A DNA stretch of 64,000 nucleotides from Eledone cirrhosa (GCA_964016885.1 OZ024741.1:164672001-164736000), one strand, 5' to 3'. Shown: positions 1-14,137, numbered from the stretch's first letter. Program-made: numbers and translations. The notes: generated by a model not told the origin, from the sequence alone.

Positions 1-425
1 TCATCACCCACGTCATCTCAACCATTACCATCAACACATTTATATATGCCACAACAACAAGCACCATCACTAACCACCAGAACTACCACCACTGCCACCG
101 CCACCACCACTACCACCACCACCATCACCATCACCATCACCACAAAATATGACAACAACCACCACCGCCGTCGCCATCGTCAGCAGCATCATCATTATCA
201 TCATCTCTATCATCACAACACCAATAACAGCAAAAATAGCCATCTATCAACATCGCCACCACAGCTACCAATACACACACATCACCCCTAATAACCGCAC
301 ACACCACCACCACCACCATTAACCACACACACACACACACACACACACACACCACCACTACCATCACCACCACCACCACCACCACCACCACCATCATCAC
401 CATCACCAATACCCACACCACCACC
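1..425. repeat. (CAC/CAT)n and (CA)n low-complexity tract
   Basis: Runs of accaccacc, catcat and acacac visible directly. Confidence 0.9.
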
Positions 426-431
426 TCTTAC

Positions 432-630
432 CTCTTTCTTTTTCTTCCTGATTTTCCAAATAGTTCTGGCAATGAAACTGCTGCTGCCATGGAAATGACT
501 ATCATTCTTGTAGAAAGCCAAACGGCTAATTGTAGCGGTGAAATATTGGTACATGTGGAACATTGTTATTTACTAAACGACTAACGGTGGTACTAGAATA
601 TCGGTACATTTTCCGTACACTGGTATTTTG
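432..630 (-). other. Candidate host-gene exon, possibly first coding exon (MAAAVSLPELFGKSGRKRK from ATG at 490)
   Basis: Unique sequence between microsatellites. Minus-strand donor GAG|GTAAGA at 431, ATG in ttccATGG context, weak AAG acceptor at 631. No homology recognised. Confidence 0.3.
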
Positions 631-724
631 CTTATAGATAACAACAAACCATACGAAAAACAACACAGAGACACAGCCGTAGATATAGCTTATTAAGAAG
701 TATATAAAACACTATAGATATTCA

Positions 725-1030
725 TATGTGTGAATGTATGTATATGTGTTGCCAGTTGCGACTGTGTGTATATGTAGCTAGTCGCAACTGTGTGTGAATG
801 TGTGTGTATATGTAGCTAGTTGCGACTGTGTGTGAATGTATGTATATGTAGCTAGTTGCGACTGTGTGTATATGTAGCTAGTCGCAACTGTGTGTGAATG
901 TGTGTGTATATGTAGCTAGTTGCGACTGTGTGTGAATGTGTGTGTATATGTAGCTAGTTGCGACTGTGTGTATATGTAGCTAGTCGCAACTGTGTGTGAA
1001 TGTGTGTGTATATGTAGCTAGTTACAACTG
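725..1030. repeat. Minisatellite tgtgtgtatatgtagctagt(t/c)gc(g/a)ac with alternating short and long units
   Basis: About 9 copies of the gtagctagt core. Confidence 0.9.
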
Positions 1031-1043
1031 TGTGGGTGTTGTA

Positions 1044-1044
<1 letters not shown>

Positions 1045-1128
<84 letters not shown>

Positions 1129-1228
1129 TGTCTGTGTCTGCTTATATTGGCAGTTTTAGATGACTGTGTACAAGGTATATATATATATGCAATATAGGTA
1201 TGTGTATACATGTGCGTACATAATATAT

Positions 1229-1259
<31 letters not shown>

Positions 1260-1324
1260 ATGTGTTTGTATTGCAGTAGTATACGTGAGAGTTTGTATTT
1301 GCTTTGTATGTGCCTGTATGTATA

Positions 1325-1391
<67 letters not shown>

Positions 1392-1463
1392 CCATCATCA
1401 TCATCACTGTCTAGTCAAAATTTCTCGGATTCACGCACACACACATATATGTATGCATGTATA

Positions 1464-1499
<36 letters not shown>

Positions 1500-1798
1500 T
1501 AGACGCCCCCACTCACATACATTGATCTCTATTGATTCACACTCACAGATTATGTGTGTGTGTGTGTGTATGTGTATATCATGTGTGTGTATAATCATAT
1601 ACATCTTTCTGTCTGCATATACACACACAAATACAGATTATTATTTGTAGATATATGCATGCAGAAACACATACAGACACACACATTCCTGTTTACATAC
1701 ATACATACACCCACACATACACAGATTGTCCTTTGCATGTATACACACAAACACCTTATCTACATACACACACAGACTATCATTTGCATGTATATATA

Positions 1799-1887
<89 letters not shown>

Positions 1888-1945
1888 CCTCACTCATACA
1901 TATTCCAATCTACATACGCATATACAGCGACAGAGAGAGAGAGTA
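1045..1945. repeat. Compound (TG)n/(TA)n/(CA)n microsatellites
   Basis: Seen directly. Confidence 0.95.
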
Positions 1946-2008
1946 TAGCAATGTTGTGAGGTCGTCATCAACTGCAGCAGCATCAGTAGCAGCAGCATCA
2001 TGTCTTAC

Positions 2009-2052
2009 CTGATAATCCAGGTATGTAGGTAGGTAGGTAGGTAGCTGATACT
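2009..2052 (-). other. Candidate small (44 nt) non-coding exon
   Basis: Minus strand acceptor ctttaccttcctcctgcag| and donor cag|gtaaga. Confidence 0.25.
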
Positions 2053-2296
2053 CTGCAGGAGGAAGGTAAAGTCATTAGCTACCTTGGTTCAAACATACTA
2101 CAGTAGGAACAGACATCTAGACAGGTAGATAGCCGTGTATATAGGATGACAGATAGATATATAGATATGTAGATATGTAGATATGTAGATGGATAGGTAG
2201 AAGGACAACCGGCGAGGTTGATAAATGAGTAGATAGATATATGGGTATATATATATATAGATAACTTTCTATTTAATATGGGTATATATAGAGATA

Positions 2297-5200
2297 TCTT
2301 CCTTTATTTGCCACAGGGGCGTACAAAAATGGGACATTACAAGACGTGACGGAGGGGGGGGGGGGGTTACATAAAAATAACTTTAACATTAATAAATAAC
2401 AATAAACTATATATAATAAAATAACAATTGAAATCCGGGGGAACGTTACTGCAGGGTTGTTTTACACCCCGTGGATAGAACAACCCTCAACACCAGGAAC
2501 ACCTTTTGTAGGTGTTCCTGTCTTTCCTCTGCTTATCTTCCTCAACCTACAGGTTTATATACAGAGAAGGCCCATTCACTCGGGCCATTTTCGCCACATT
2601 CACCCACCTTTCAGCGAATTTACTGGGGTGTAGCACCTCTCTCTCCACTCTCACCTTCCTTCTGAAGTGATACTTAAAGAAGGGGATAAGTTGTTGGCCG
2701 GAGAGAAAGGTGTTTGCCCTCAGTCCTTTTAACCTCGTCCACCATATTACCCCTTTCGCCATAGCCACCAGACAGAGGAAAACCGCCTCTCCTTCGTTCT
2801 TAAATAGAGGCCGCGGGGTGATCCTCACAATGGACTCGGCTGACAACTGGATGCGTCCCACACGTGACAGCAGCTGTTCGACATAATTCCACAGGTCGGT
2901 CACCCCTGGGCACTGAACAATTGCGTGCAGAACGGTTTCGATGTCCTGCTCGCATTTTGGACAGGTCCTTTTGGCAGGATCTCTGCCAGGGCGTCCGTGC
3001 CTGTAGATTTTGTCTCGAACTGGTAGAGTTCCTCGGTAGCACTCCCAGGCCAGAGACCTCTGGAAATTATCCATAGGCCCTGGACGGAAAGTCCTCCCGA
3101 ACAAACTGGTCAGTTCATCCTCCTCGATGCCTAGAGTTTCCCCGAGAACGTCGTCGCACTTATCCTCCACTAATCCCCTATAGAATGTCGAAGTGGAGTC
3201 TCCGCTGATTGCCGTTTCCGCTTGGTAGAGGGCTGTGAGCGCCTGTAGGCACTCGAGGTGCCAGGCACCCGTTTTCGGTCTTCGCTTGACCCAGGACTAC
3301 AGCTCTGTTAGTGAGACGAGTTGTGGAAGAGCTTGTTTCACAAACGACAGCCACACCGGTTCACCGGTCAGGAATACCTGAAGATGGCGTAGCCTCAGCG
3401 CATGTTTGTACATCATCAGCCACGGCATGCTCAGCCCTCCGTTAGAAGGGTGTTGACAGCAGATGGATCTCCTCACCAATGGAGCCTGTTTCTTCCAGAG
3501 GAACTTGAAGAGTAGGCGTTCCATTTTGGTAAGGTATTCGCGGGGGCAAGGCGCGACTGGTAGTAGATGACGGACGCTATGTAAGTGTTCGCCACCTCCG
3601 CTCGACCTTTCAAGGAGAGTTTGCACTCAGCCCACTTCTGGGTGAGTGCAAACACCTTCGCCGTGACCTCGTACCAGTTCTTGTCCACCTGGGGGTCTGG
3701 ACCAAACCAGACCCCGAGCAATTTTACCGGTCCTTCCGTCCAGCGTCCAACGACTCTGTCGGAAGGCATGGGTTTGCCTCTCCATGTGCCGAGTTGCAAA
3801 CCGACAGACTTGTTTGGGTTTAGTCTTGCTCCTGTCAACGTTTCGTATTCCTGTAATAGGTTGCCGATTACCCTGATTTCCGAGGTTTTCAACACCATTA
3901 CGGTTATGTCGTAGGCATAGGCTGACGCTGCTTTCCACAGTCCTGGTTCGATCGGGATGCCCTGCAACAGCTCCAATTTCCGCAGTAACGGCTCGAGAGC
4001 CAATACATACAGAATGGAGGAGAGAGGGCATCCCTGACGGATGGAAAGCATGATTTGGAATGGCTCTGATAGGTAGCCATTCACCTTGACTGCCGAGCAG
4101 ATGCTGGTGTGCATGGCAGCGATCCAGCCTCTGAAGACGGGACCGAAGCCCGCCGCCTTGAGAACTGCTTCCAAGTATTGATGGCCGACCCTATCAAATG
4201 TCTTAGACTGATCTAAATTGATCAGAGCCCCACCAAAGCCAGGTTTACACCCTACCCTCTCTATGATGTATCGCATGAGGTGGAGGTTGTCGTGTATGGA
4301 CCTGGTCGGGATTGCACACGTTTGGGCTTCCCCTACCAGGTTCTCGACGACAAGCGCCAGCCTTGCTGCTAACACCTTAGCCAAAATCTTTAACTCTGTG
4401 TGGAGCAGAGTTATGGGCCTGAAATTGCTTATCTCATCCCCCTTGTTCTCATCTTTCCTGATCAGCGTTACTACGCTTCTGCCTACAGAACTGGGAATCC
4501 CCCCGTTCTGCTGCCAGTTGCAGTAGACCGCTTCGAGGACGCCAGAAAACAAGTCTGGCATGCCTATGTAAAACTCATAGGGTAGACCATCTAAACCGGG
4601 TGATTTGCGTTTCCCGCAGCGGCCTAGAGCATCTTCTATTTCGCCCGCTGTGATCGGCCTTTCGCAGCTCTCCGCATCCGTGCTCGAGAGTCGCGGTACG
4701 CTGTCGAGGTAGGAGCTGAAGTCCATCACCTCGTTCGATGTACCGCTTTGCCCGAACAGTTGTGCAAAATGCTGCTAGAAGGCCGCGCACATCTGCTTGG
4801 ATTCAAGTATAATGCGTCCATCTTTGTCTTGCAAAGACCGAATTGTGGATCTGTTGCCACTTTTCGCCTCTGCCACTCGGGTCCAGCTAACAGCTTTGGC
4901 TCCCTCGTTTCTTAGAGCACGTGTTCTACTTCTGACAATACAACCTTCCTGTTTCACGTTGAAGAACTGGTCTAGTGCCGTTCTCGCCGCTAGCACGTCA
5001 GCTGTACTGCCATTCCTAAGTGCCTCTTCTATTTTAGCTACCAGTTCCTTTTCAGTTTTGTTTTTTTCTAAAGCTACTTCCTTGCTAAATGCTATCGATT
5101 CTATTCTAATTGCTCTCTTGAGAGAGCTCCACCACCTGTTGTTAACGATCGCCCCTGTCAACTGGCACTTCACTAAGGTGCTAATCCGTTTACTGTAGGC

Positions 5201-6430
5201 CTTACGCGCCGGGAGCGACATGTTTAGCTTCCAGTATCCGGGTCCCTGTCTATGTGTTCTATCAAGGTTGACTACGCAGGTGGCTAATTTGTGGTCTGAA
5301 TAGGCAACCATGTGCATTTGTGGACAACTTAATGTTTCCTTATCATTCTGTCTAATTAAAAATCTATCTAAATACGATCTAGAAGACCCAGTGCGGTTGC
5401 TCCACGTCCACAGTGGTGCACTTGGGAAGTCTAGTCGATATCTATCAGCCAGTTGGAATTGGCTGATGAGATTTTTGAGGGTATTACACCCCTCTATTAT
5501 CACAAGCTCCTACATAGTCCCAACGTGCGTCTAAGATGCCATTCCAGTCCCCCGCTAACACTAAGGAGCGAGACGTTCCCAGGAATGGCTCCAGACGCTT
5601 GAAGAACTCTGGTCGCGATGTCCCAGTCGGGACATATACGGCCACCAGTCTGAAAGCTCCACCTTCACTACCATTCACGTCCAGGACCACCAAGCTGCCC
5701 TCCGTGTCCAAGTGAATCGTCTGTATTTTGAGATCCACGTTTTTTCGAAACAGAACAGAAACTCCCCCTCCAGCTCCTGGCTGAGAGAGAGATGCGTAGA
5801 TCTCAATATCATCGAACATGGGGGTTAGCTGCTGCTTGGCGTGAATTCTGGACTCGGTGATGGCTATCACATCTATACAATGTGACCTGAGATCATTTAA
5901 AAGCTGGCCCTGTTTTCAGGACATGCCCAGGCCACGTACATTCAAACATCCAGCTTGTATAGTCGCCATGTTGGTGAAGAAGAGTTAAGGAGAGAAAAGG
6001 CAGGAACACTTACCTTTTCGTTTCCTGGAGGTCAGGTTGTTCGATCTCCATGTGGGGGAAATCCTTTTAGCAGGACACAGTAAGGGGCTTTTGGCGAGAA
6101 GGGGGGGGGGCACATCATGTGGGAAGTTCTCTTTTAAAGTTTCATACTGTAGGGTTGTTACCCTGATAAGTTTGAGGTTAGGGGGTGGGTCGTTGGTGGG
6201 GAAGGTTTTCCCTTCCGTTTGTATTGTGGGGTCCTTTTGGACAGTTTCCACCAGTTCTTTGTTTCTTGTTTTTATGTATGTGTAGTGTGTTTTGTTTTTT
6301 TATGTGTACTGTTTCTGTTTGTAGGAAGTCATGACCAAGTCTGCAGATACTATTGTATCCACATTCAAAGACCTCCCTGAGCAAACTTAGAAGTGAAATT
6401 AGGGAGATAGAAATAGCTGTAATAGGAGAC
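2297..6430 (-). mobile_element. L1/Tx1-clade non-LTR retrotransposon, 5'-truncated and decayed
   Basis: ORF1 remnant at 5985-~6400, ORF2 with APE endonuclease, RT and C-terminal Cys motif, 3' UTR with AATAAA at 2304-2309 (minus). Confidence 0.93.
2547..5969 (-). pseudogene. LINE ORF2 (APE endonuclease + reverse transcriptase + zf-RVT), disrupted
   Basis: N-term MATIQAGCLNVRGL; GDWNGILD, YLDRFL and SDH (APE motifs); KSPGLDGLP, FRPITLL and IRQGCPLS (RT motifs); YADD mutated to YAYD; CPKC..ETVLHAIVQC. Several stops and frameshifts. Confidence 0.93.
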
Positions 6431-6439
6431 ACACACCAC

Positions 6440-6805
6440 CCCTATACAACCACACAACATACACAAACACACATATAAGCATATATATGCATATTCAGGT
6501 ATGTACACAAACACACATAAACATACATAAACACAGACATAAACATATACATTCAAACACAAGTACGAACATAAACATACATGTAAATATATACAAATAC
6601 ATACACAAGCACACATACATTAGAAACACATACAAACAGAAATACACACACACATATAAACACAAATACAAACACAGACATATACACACACATACAAACA
6701 CAAATACAGGCATACACACACACATACAAACACAAATACAGACACAAACATACACACATACACACACGCACACCTATACAGACACACATACATACACACA
6801 TACAG
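6440..6805. repeat. CA/TA-rich degenerate microsatellite
   Basis: Seen directly. Confidence 0.9.
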
Positions 6806-7079
6806 TGATTATCAAGTTCACCAAGGACTGTCATTAAAATCTTCAATTTAGAAAACAAAACTTTAATTACACATCCGAACATGAAAATTAATTTTCACCA
6901 AATTGGAATTCGTGAAAAAAGAAACTAACTAAAAAAATAGAAGAAAAACAAGCAAAGAAACAAACAAGAAGAAGAAAGAAGAGACAAGAACCTAAAGTTG
7001 ATATTCTTATAACCTGAGTTGACAGTTTGGTTTCTAAAACTAACTTGGACTTTCACCTATTCCTTGAACTCTTTTAATA

Positions 7080-7937
7080 CCAACTGAACCAAATCCAACA
7101 CAGCACAACACAACCCAACCCAACCCAACACAGAACAACACAACTCAACCGAACCCAACCAAACCCAACCGAACCCAACACAACCCAACACAGCACAACA
7201 CAACTGAACCCAACCAAACCCAACACAACCCAACACAGCACAACACAACCCAACCCAACCCAACCAAACCCATCACAGCACAACACAACCCAACCCAACC
7301 AAACCCAACACAACCGAACCCAACCAAACCCAACACAGCACAAGACAACCCAACCCAACCAAACCCAATACAACCCAACCCAACCCAACCCAACCCAACC
7401 AAACCCAACCAAACCCAACACAGCACAACACAACCCAACCAAACCCAACACAACCCAACACAGCACAACACAACCCAACCCAACCCAACACAGCACAACA
7501 CAACCCAACCAAACCCAACCCAACCCAACCCAACACAGCACAACCCAACCCAACCCAACCCAACACAACTCAACACAACACAACCCAACCCAACTCAACC
7601 CAACCCAACACAGCACAACACAACCCAACCAAACCTAACACAACCCAACCGAACCCAACCAAACCCAACACAACCCAACCCAACCCAACCCACCCCAACC
7701 CAACACAGCACAACTCAACACAACACAACCCAACTCAACCCAACACAACCCAACACAGCACAACACAACCCAACACAACCCAACACAACCCAACCAAACC
7801 AACACAGCACAACAGAACCCAACCGAACACAGCACAACAGAACCCAACCCAACCCAACACAGCACAACACAACCCAACCCAACTCAACCCAACCAAACCC
7901 AACACAACCCAACACAGCACAACACAACCCAACTCAA
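7080..7937. repeat. Pentanucleotide mosaic satellite (CAACC/CAACA/CAGCA/AAACC)
   Basis: 5-bp periodicity with recurring cacagcacaacacaacc block. Confidence 0.95.
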
Positions 7938-8337
7938 ATCCAAATTAAAGGGTTCTCATTTAAATTAAAACTTTCTAACATATTTTTATCTGAGAAGATT
8001 TTTTAATGTTACAAATGCCATCAGAATGAAACAATAATTTTAGTAAATCTCCCCAGATTCTTCATTAATTAATTCTAAAGTTCCAACCATTCTCTTCTTT
8101 TTTTATTACCTAATGTAAAGAGACCAATAGATTTTTTTCTTTGAGTGTATATTTGAAAAATATTACATTGTTATATATATATATATCATCATCAATCATC
8201 ATTACGTTTATTGGTTGGTGACGCGCGTTTCACATACTAATCAGCTCAAGGTTCAATCTGGCCCGACTCTGGAATCAAAAGCTCATTGGACCGCTGTAAT
8301 AGTAATGAACCTACAGCAACTCTGCGTTACACTCCCT

Positions 8338-8392
<55 letters not shown>

Positions 8393-8444
8393 CACACATA
8401 TATATATAAATATATATACATACATATGTGTATATATATATATA

Positions 8445-8787
8445 TCATCATCATCATCATTATTTTACGTCCGCTTTTTCCCTGCTTGCAAGGGTGGGAC
8501 GGGAACTGATTCTGGCTTGATTTCTACAGCTGGATGCCCTTCCTAACACCAACCTCATTTACAGTGAGTGCTGGGTGCTTTTTTTCCGTGGCACCTACAC
8601 AACCCCTTTGCAGTGGAATGATAGGGACCCCAGTCCCTATCATCTCATTTCTACAGCTGAGTAAACTGGAGCAATGTGAAATAAAGTGTCTTGCTCAAGG
8701 AAACAACACATCACCCGGTCTGAGAAGTGAACTCACAACCTTTCGATTGCAAGGCCAATGCTCTAACCACTAAGTCATGTGCCTTCA
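8445..8787 (-). mobile_element. tRNA-derived SINE family A (CORE-like body, RTE-like tail)
   Basis: Minus strand A-box tgacttagtgg, B-box-like gagttcacttc, ccttgagcaagacacttta core, tail ggacgtaaaa..(tga)n. Seven near-identical copies in window. Confidence 0.9.
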
Positions 8788-9002
8788 TATATATATATAC
8801 ATGTGTGTATACATGTGTGTATATATATATATATAATGATGTTGACTTGTTCTTCTTTTTGGTAAATATCATCTTGGTTAAGAGAGTGGGACTGGCTTTG
8901 TGCAGTGCCTTTGCTCACTATAAAAGCTCCACAGCACAGGCATTGCTTTATATCTGGAGATCTCTCTGCACTTGTCATCACATGGTACCATGGGCCCTGC
9001 AC

Positions 9003-9157
9003 TATGTGTCAATAATGGTCACAAGTGTAGTCTTTGTACCAGAGTTTTCAAGTCGCTAGCTGGACTAAAAAGTCACATTCGTTCAGCGCATCGGTAGGGG
9101 TTCTCCTACATGGATATAAAGTAGTGGCCGTACTCGAAAACGAGTTGGCAGCCACCA
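9003..9157 (+). mobile_element. LINE 3' end encoding C-terminal C2H2 finger (probably RTE-type)
   Basis: Translates [25 protein letters not shown], then short 3' UTR ending in (TA)n. Confidence 0.65.
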
Positions 9158-9167
9158 TATATATATA

Positions 9168-9251
<84 letters not shown>

Positions 9252-9424
9252 TATATACATAAATATAAATACAAATATATATATATATATATATATATGT
9301 AGAAGGTGAGTTTTATTGTAGTACAATAAAGCAATGCAGATATCGGATAAGAAGCACTCTACAGTTTGTGGGACTGGAGTATGCATAATATAAGATCAAA
9401 AGATGGTTAAAGGAGTTCCATATA

Positions 9425-9491
9425 TTTTATTATGCGCATTTCAAAAACAAACATCATCAAGCAATAATATTTGTGTTTTCATCAGATAAAA
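9425..9491 (-). ncRNA. Type I hammerhead ribozyme motif in a short element (9296-9552)
   Basis: ttttat CTGATGA aaacacaaat...tttgttttt GAAA t gcgc a TA ataaaa; stem I ttttat/ataaaa. Confidence 0.75.
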
Positions 9492-9546
9492 CAGGAGAAC
9501 ATGATATGAAGGCTAAAAAACACTTGTTGATAGTGCAGTTTTAAAT

Positions 9547-9600
<54 letters not shown>

Positions 9601-10381
9601 ACATATATATGTGTGTGTGTGTGTGTGTGTGGGTGTGTGTATATAACAATCCTCAATAATAAAATGAATTGTTAAAATATGTTATTGTAATTATTGTAGT
9701 GCAAGAAGTGCCATTGGATCTGTCTATATTATGTTGTGGCACCCTCTACCACTAACCACTACTCATTCCCCTTCCCATGTTTCTACCCCACAAGACACTT
9801 CAATGACATTTAACATCGTCCATATCTGTGGTCATCCATCATTCAGGTCTATGAAGTAAATACTATCACTCCGTTTTAGGTTATTGTCACACCTTTCAAT
9901 GGCTATCTCCCACATGTTCTCTCTAACTATCCCTATCAGATTTCTTATGCTCTTTTATATTCAATCTCCTACCTACAATCAGCATGTAACTACCACTGTT
10001 ATCATTGTTAGTTTTGTAATGCATGAAATCTGATACAAAAGGTAAGGTTCATGCCAGCCAATAATACAATATGGTTTCAATCCAGAACAATAGCTGTTCC
10101 ACTCTACTTAGTTGCTATCATTGTGACATTCAAGAAAGGTACATGTTGAAAGGGACAGCCAAAATAGTTACCAAAAATTCTTGTCCATCCCATGCCAGCA
10201 TGCAAAACCAAATGTAAAAACTATGATGAAAACCATGACTAGTGTGTAGAGAATGGGAAAAAATAAGACTCTTCTGAACAAAAGGTTCAATTTCTGGGTG
10301 AAGTTCTTTCATTGATGTTTCTAACACACTTTGAAAATGGCAAGAACAACACAATATCCCATTTTAAAATACAGTGATTAT

Positions 10382-10960
10382 ATCATCATCATCATCATCA
10401 TTGTTTAACGCCTATCTTCCAGGCTAGCATGGGTTAGACGGGTTTGTCCCAATTGAGGCAAGTTGGGTCGAGTAACCGAGTCTCACTCATATAGGACTGC
10501 TGCTGGTTGGTTTTCTATGGCTGGATGCCCTTCCTAATGCCAACCACATTTACAGTGTGTGCTGGGTGCTTTTTGTTGTGGCACATACACGACCACTTTA
10601 CAGTGAGGGCTGGGTGCTTTTAGCTGTGTCTCCTACATGACCACTTTACAGTGTGGGCTGGGTGCTTTTAGCTGTGTCTCCTACATGACCACTTTACAGT
10701 GTGTGCTGGGTGCTTTTTGTTGTGGCACATACACAACCACTTTACAGTGAGGGCTGGATGATTTGTGATACCAACATAACTTTACAGAGTAAGGGTGGTG
10801 TGGGCGGAAGTGGGAGGGAGGTGTAGGGGAGTGTATATTGGATTAAGAGGTGCCTACTGAGTGTAAGTTCAAGTCTTTTTGCAAGGGAAGGTGGGTCTTC
10901 TGTATTACTGCATAGCGCCAAAGATCTCAATCTTGTGTCATTATCTTAGAGGGGGTGCAA
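10382..10960 (-). mobile_element. RTE 3'-UTR-derived element with internal ~50 bp tandem repeats
   Basis: ggctggatgcccttcctaa motif, (cat)n tail, repeated accactttacagtg..gctgggtgcttt. Matches 3' UTR at 38930-39420. Confidence 0.75.
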
Positions 10961-11784
10961 AGTGTGCTTAAGAAATCCTTAAAGAACTAAATAGAATATT
11001 TTTCACATACTGGTGGTTTATTGTCTCAATAAAGAGAGAAGTAGCAATCATGTTAGACTAAATGTAATAGTCTTTCTTCAGTGGAAAATGAAAGATAAAC
11101 TAACAGTAATACACTGAGTTGATGTGACTAATCATATATTTTCTCTTAAAAAATTATTAATTTGGTGCCAGAATCAAATATATTATCTTTATAAGATATG
11201 GAATTAAAGTCCTGGAGTAAATATTTAAGATATATTCCAATACTCCATATTACCATGAATCTCAACACTGGAAATAGTACAAGACACGGCAGTGTAAATT
11301 AACTGAGAAATGAGTTTGTTCCCTGGATAGGGTGCTAGTCTATTGCAGAGTTAGTCTAAAGCTCAGGTAACAAAGAAGAAAATTCAGATCCAATGTTAAA
11401 TACTGCCATAAATTAAGGTTTGTAAAGCTGATACATGATCTAGATTTTGAAGAACTAAGCAAATGATTAATGACTTTCTCTTGATTACAACATCACTCAT
11501 TCACAGGAAACATTACCAAGAGATTTTGTATCTTTCTCTCTCTTTGACATAAGGTGAAATACTGAGGAAATGATGTCACTATTGGCCAGAAGGTCTGTTA
11601 AAACTAGAAAACCTATTGTTAATAACTCTTGACACTTTAAATACACTTATGGGAAGAAAATGAGGAAATTAAAAGCTTGGATGTGTTCTAAGGATTCTTA
11701 ATGTTTGAATAACATTATTATAATATTTGGTGATCATTGCAGAATTATTGACATAGAAATAACTCATACAAAGACACTCAGACC

Positions 11785-11826
<42 letters not shown>

Positions 11827-12213
11827 CTGGTATATTTGTGTGGTTTGGAAGCTCTCTTTATAACCATGTGGTGTCAGATTTAATCTCACTCTATGGCATC
11901 TAGTGAAAGTGTCATCTGTTATTGCCCCATAGTGAATTGGGAGATGGAAACCAAAAACTATGTGATCATAACTTCAAAGGCATGCCTATGCCTATATTAT
12001 ATATATATATATTATATATATATATATATGTATACACATTTCAATAGCAAAAGAAATGCATTAAAATAAATTCTGCTATATATGCAATATTTAGATTATG
12101 TAAACATTTTGGGGTCTTAACATACAATTGAATTATGTCTGTAGATCATTTTATTTTGGGGAAAGGCTGTGCATTCTAATAAACATTGCCTGTACAGGTA
12201 ATCAAAGTGTGTA

Positions 12214-12245
<32 letters not shown>

Positions 12246-12246
<1 letters not shown>

Positions 12247-12620
12247 GTAGAAGTTCTATTTAAATTGTTGGGATACAACAAGCAAATATTTTTATAACTG
12301 ATATAAAGCACTCAACAAATTATTGGAGTAAAAATACGATATATTAACAAATGGAAACTATATTTATAAAACCATATTTATTTCATTATAGATATTTCAA
12401 GGACACCAAGTTAAATTATGGTGTGCTTTCATCAGATAAAATATAATATAGATCAGTTTTATAAATAAATATTGACATACCCTTAAAGAATGCGACCATT
12501 TCTGTTGGAAGCTCCCGGATAGCTGTCCTTGAAATATGTATAATGAAATAAATATGGTTTTATAAATATAGTTTCCATTTGTAAATATAAATATAGTTTC
12601 CATTTGTTAATATATCGTAT
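12246..12620 (-). mobile_element. Hammerhead-bearing fold-back element (same family as 47155-47488)
   Basis: HHR at 12381-12441 (minus): ttttat CTGATGA aagcacacca..tggtgtcctt GAAA tatct ATA atgaaa. Inverted arms ~12335-12404 and ~12525-12620, flanked by (TA)n. Confidence 0.75.
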
Positions 12621-12751
12621 ATATATATATATATATATATTTATACATACATACAAATACATACACACACTCACAAATAAATATACATACATACAATTCA
12701 TAATTAGACACACATATAGACATATATATATCATCATCATCATCGATGACG

Positions 12752-12783
<32 letters not shown>

Positions 12784-12993
12784 CTAATTATGAATAGTCA
12801 TGAGAAGTAAATCATTTGAAACTAAGTAGTTGGTATAATTAGGATGTTTTAAAAGTAGCATACCTCTCCTTGTTAAAATTAAAGTAGAAAGAAGTCAAGT
12901 ACTGTCGGAAATCTGATTGTTAGGAGGGCAAATGTATATATGTATATATATCATCATCATCATCTTCGTTTAACGTCCATCTTCCACGCTAGC

Positions 12994-13026
<33 letters not shown>

Positions 13027-13067
13027 TATATTCTGCTATATATATATAGCAGTATATATGTGTGTGT

Positions 13068-13415
13068 ATCATCATCATCATCATCATCATCATTTTACGT
13101 CCGCTTTTCCCTGCTTGCAAGGGTGGGGCGGGAACTTATTCTGACTTGATTTCTACAGCTGGATGCCCTTCCTAACACCAACCTCATTTACAGTGAGTGC
13201 TGGGTGCTTTTTTTCCGTGGCACCTCCACAACCACTCTACAGTGGAATGATAGGGACCCCAGTCCCTATCATCTCATTTCTACAGCTGAGTATACTGGAG
13301 CAATGTGAAATAAAGTGACTTGCTCAAGGAAACAACACATCACCCGGTCTGAGAATTGAACTCACAACCTTTCAATTGCAAGGCCAATGCTCTAACCACT
13401 AAGCCATGTGCCTCC
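13068..13415 (-). mobile_element. SINE family A
   Basis: Near-identical to 8445-8787. Confidence 0.9.
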
Positions 13416-13522
13416 ATATATATATATATGTATATATGTATATATATATATACCCTTGCAAGCAGGGAAAAACGGACGTAAAATGATGATGATGATGATA
13501 CATATATATATATATATATATA

Positions 13523-13700
13523 ACATCATCATCACCGTTTAACGTCCATTTTCCATGCTTGCATGGGTCAGACAGGTTATCCGCATTGAGAGACAAGTCC
13601 GGCCAGAATTGGCCACACCATACCTTGCTCCGATGGGACTGTAAATTTTGCTGGGGTTTTTACAGCTGGATGCCCTTTCTAACACCAACCACATTTACAG
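13523..13700 (-). mobile_element. RTE-type 3' tail fragment
   Basis: catcatc..tttaacgtccattttccatgc and gctggatgccctt motifs. Confidence 0.7.
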
Positions 13701-13732
<32 letters not shown>

Positions 13733-14033
13733 CGTACATACATGTTCAAGATAAACAAGATGAACACAGACGCAAATACACACCATATTCATATTTAGCA
13801 TTATACAGAAACCATGTAATACAATGGCTGCTGCCTGATGATGTCCGTTGCCACTATACCTGTGAGTGGGGTACTTTGGTTGTTGTTATACAAGGTGTGT
13901 TAGGGTATGGTTTTGAATGATGTGATTGGTTTTTAGTTTATGTCTTTTGCAGTGTATGCCTGGTGAGTGGGGTTCTAGATTTGTGGCCTGCCTTTGTTTG
14001 AGCACATGGTGTAAATTGGTTTGTATTAAACTG

Positions 14034-14131
<98 letters not shown>

Positions 14132-14137
14132 TTATCA

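Noticed and set aside
8534-8773. Recurrent [17 protein letters not shown]...
   Set aside because: Antisense translation of SINE A copies
8700-8787. tRNA gene
   Set aside because: It is the tRNA-derived head of a multi-copy SINE, with no acceptor stem
13805-13860. GAAACcatGTA...CTGATGA as a type II hammerhead
   Set aside because: Stem I cannot pair
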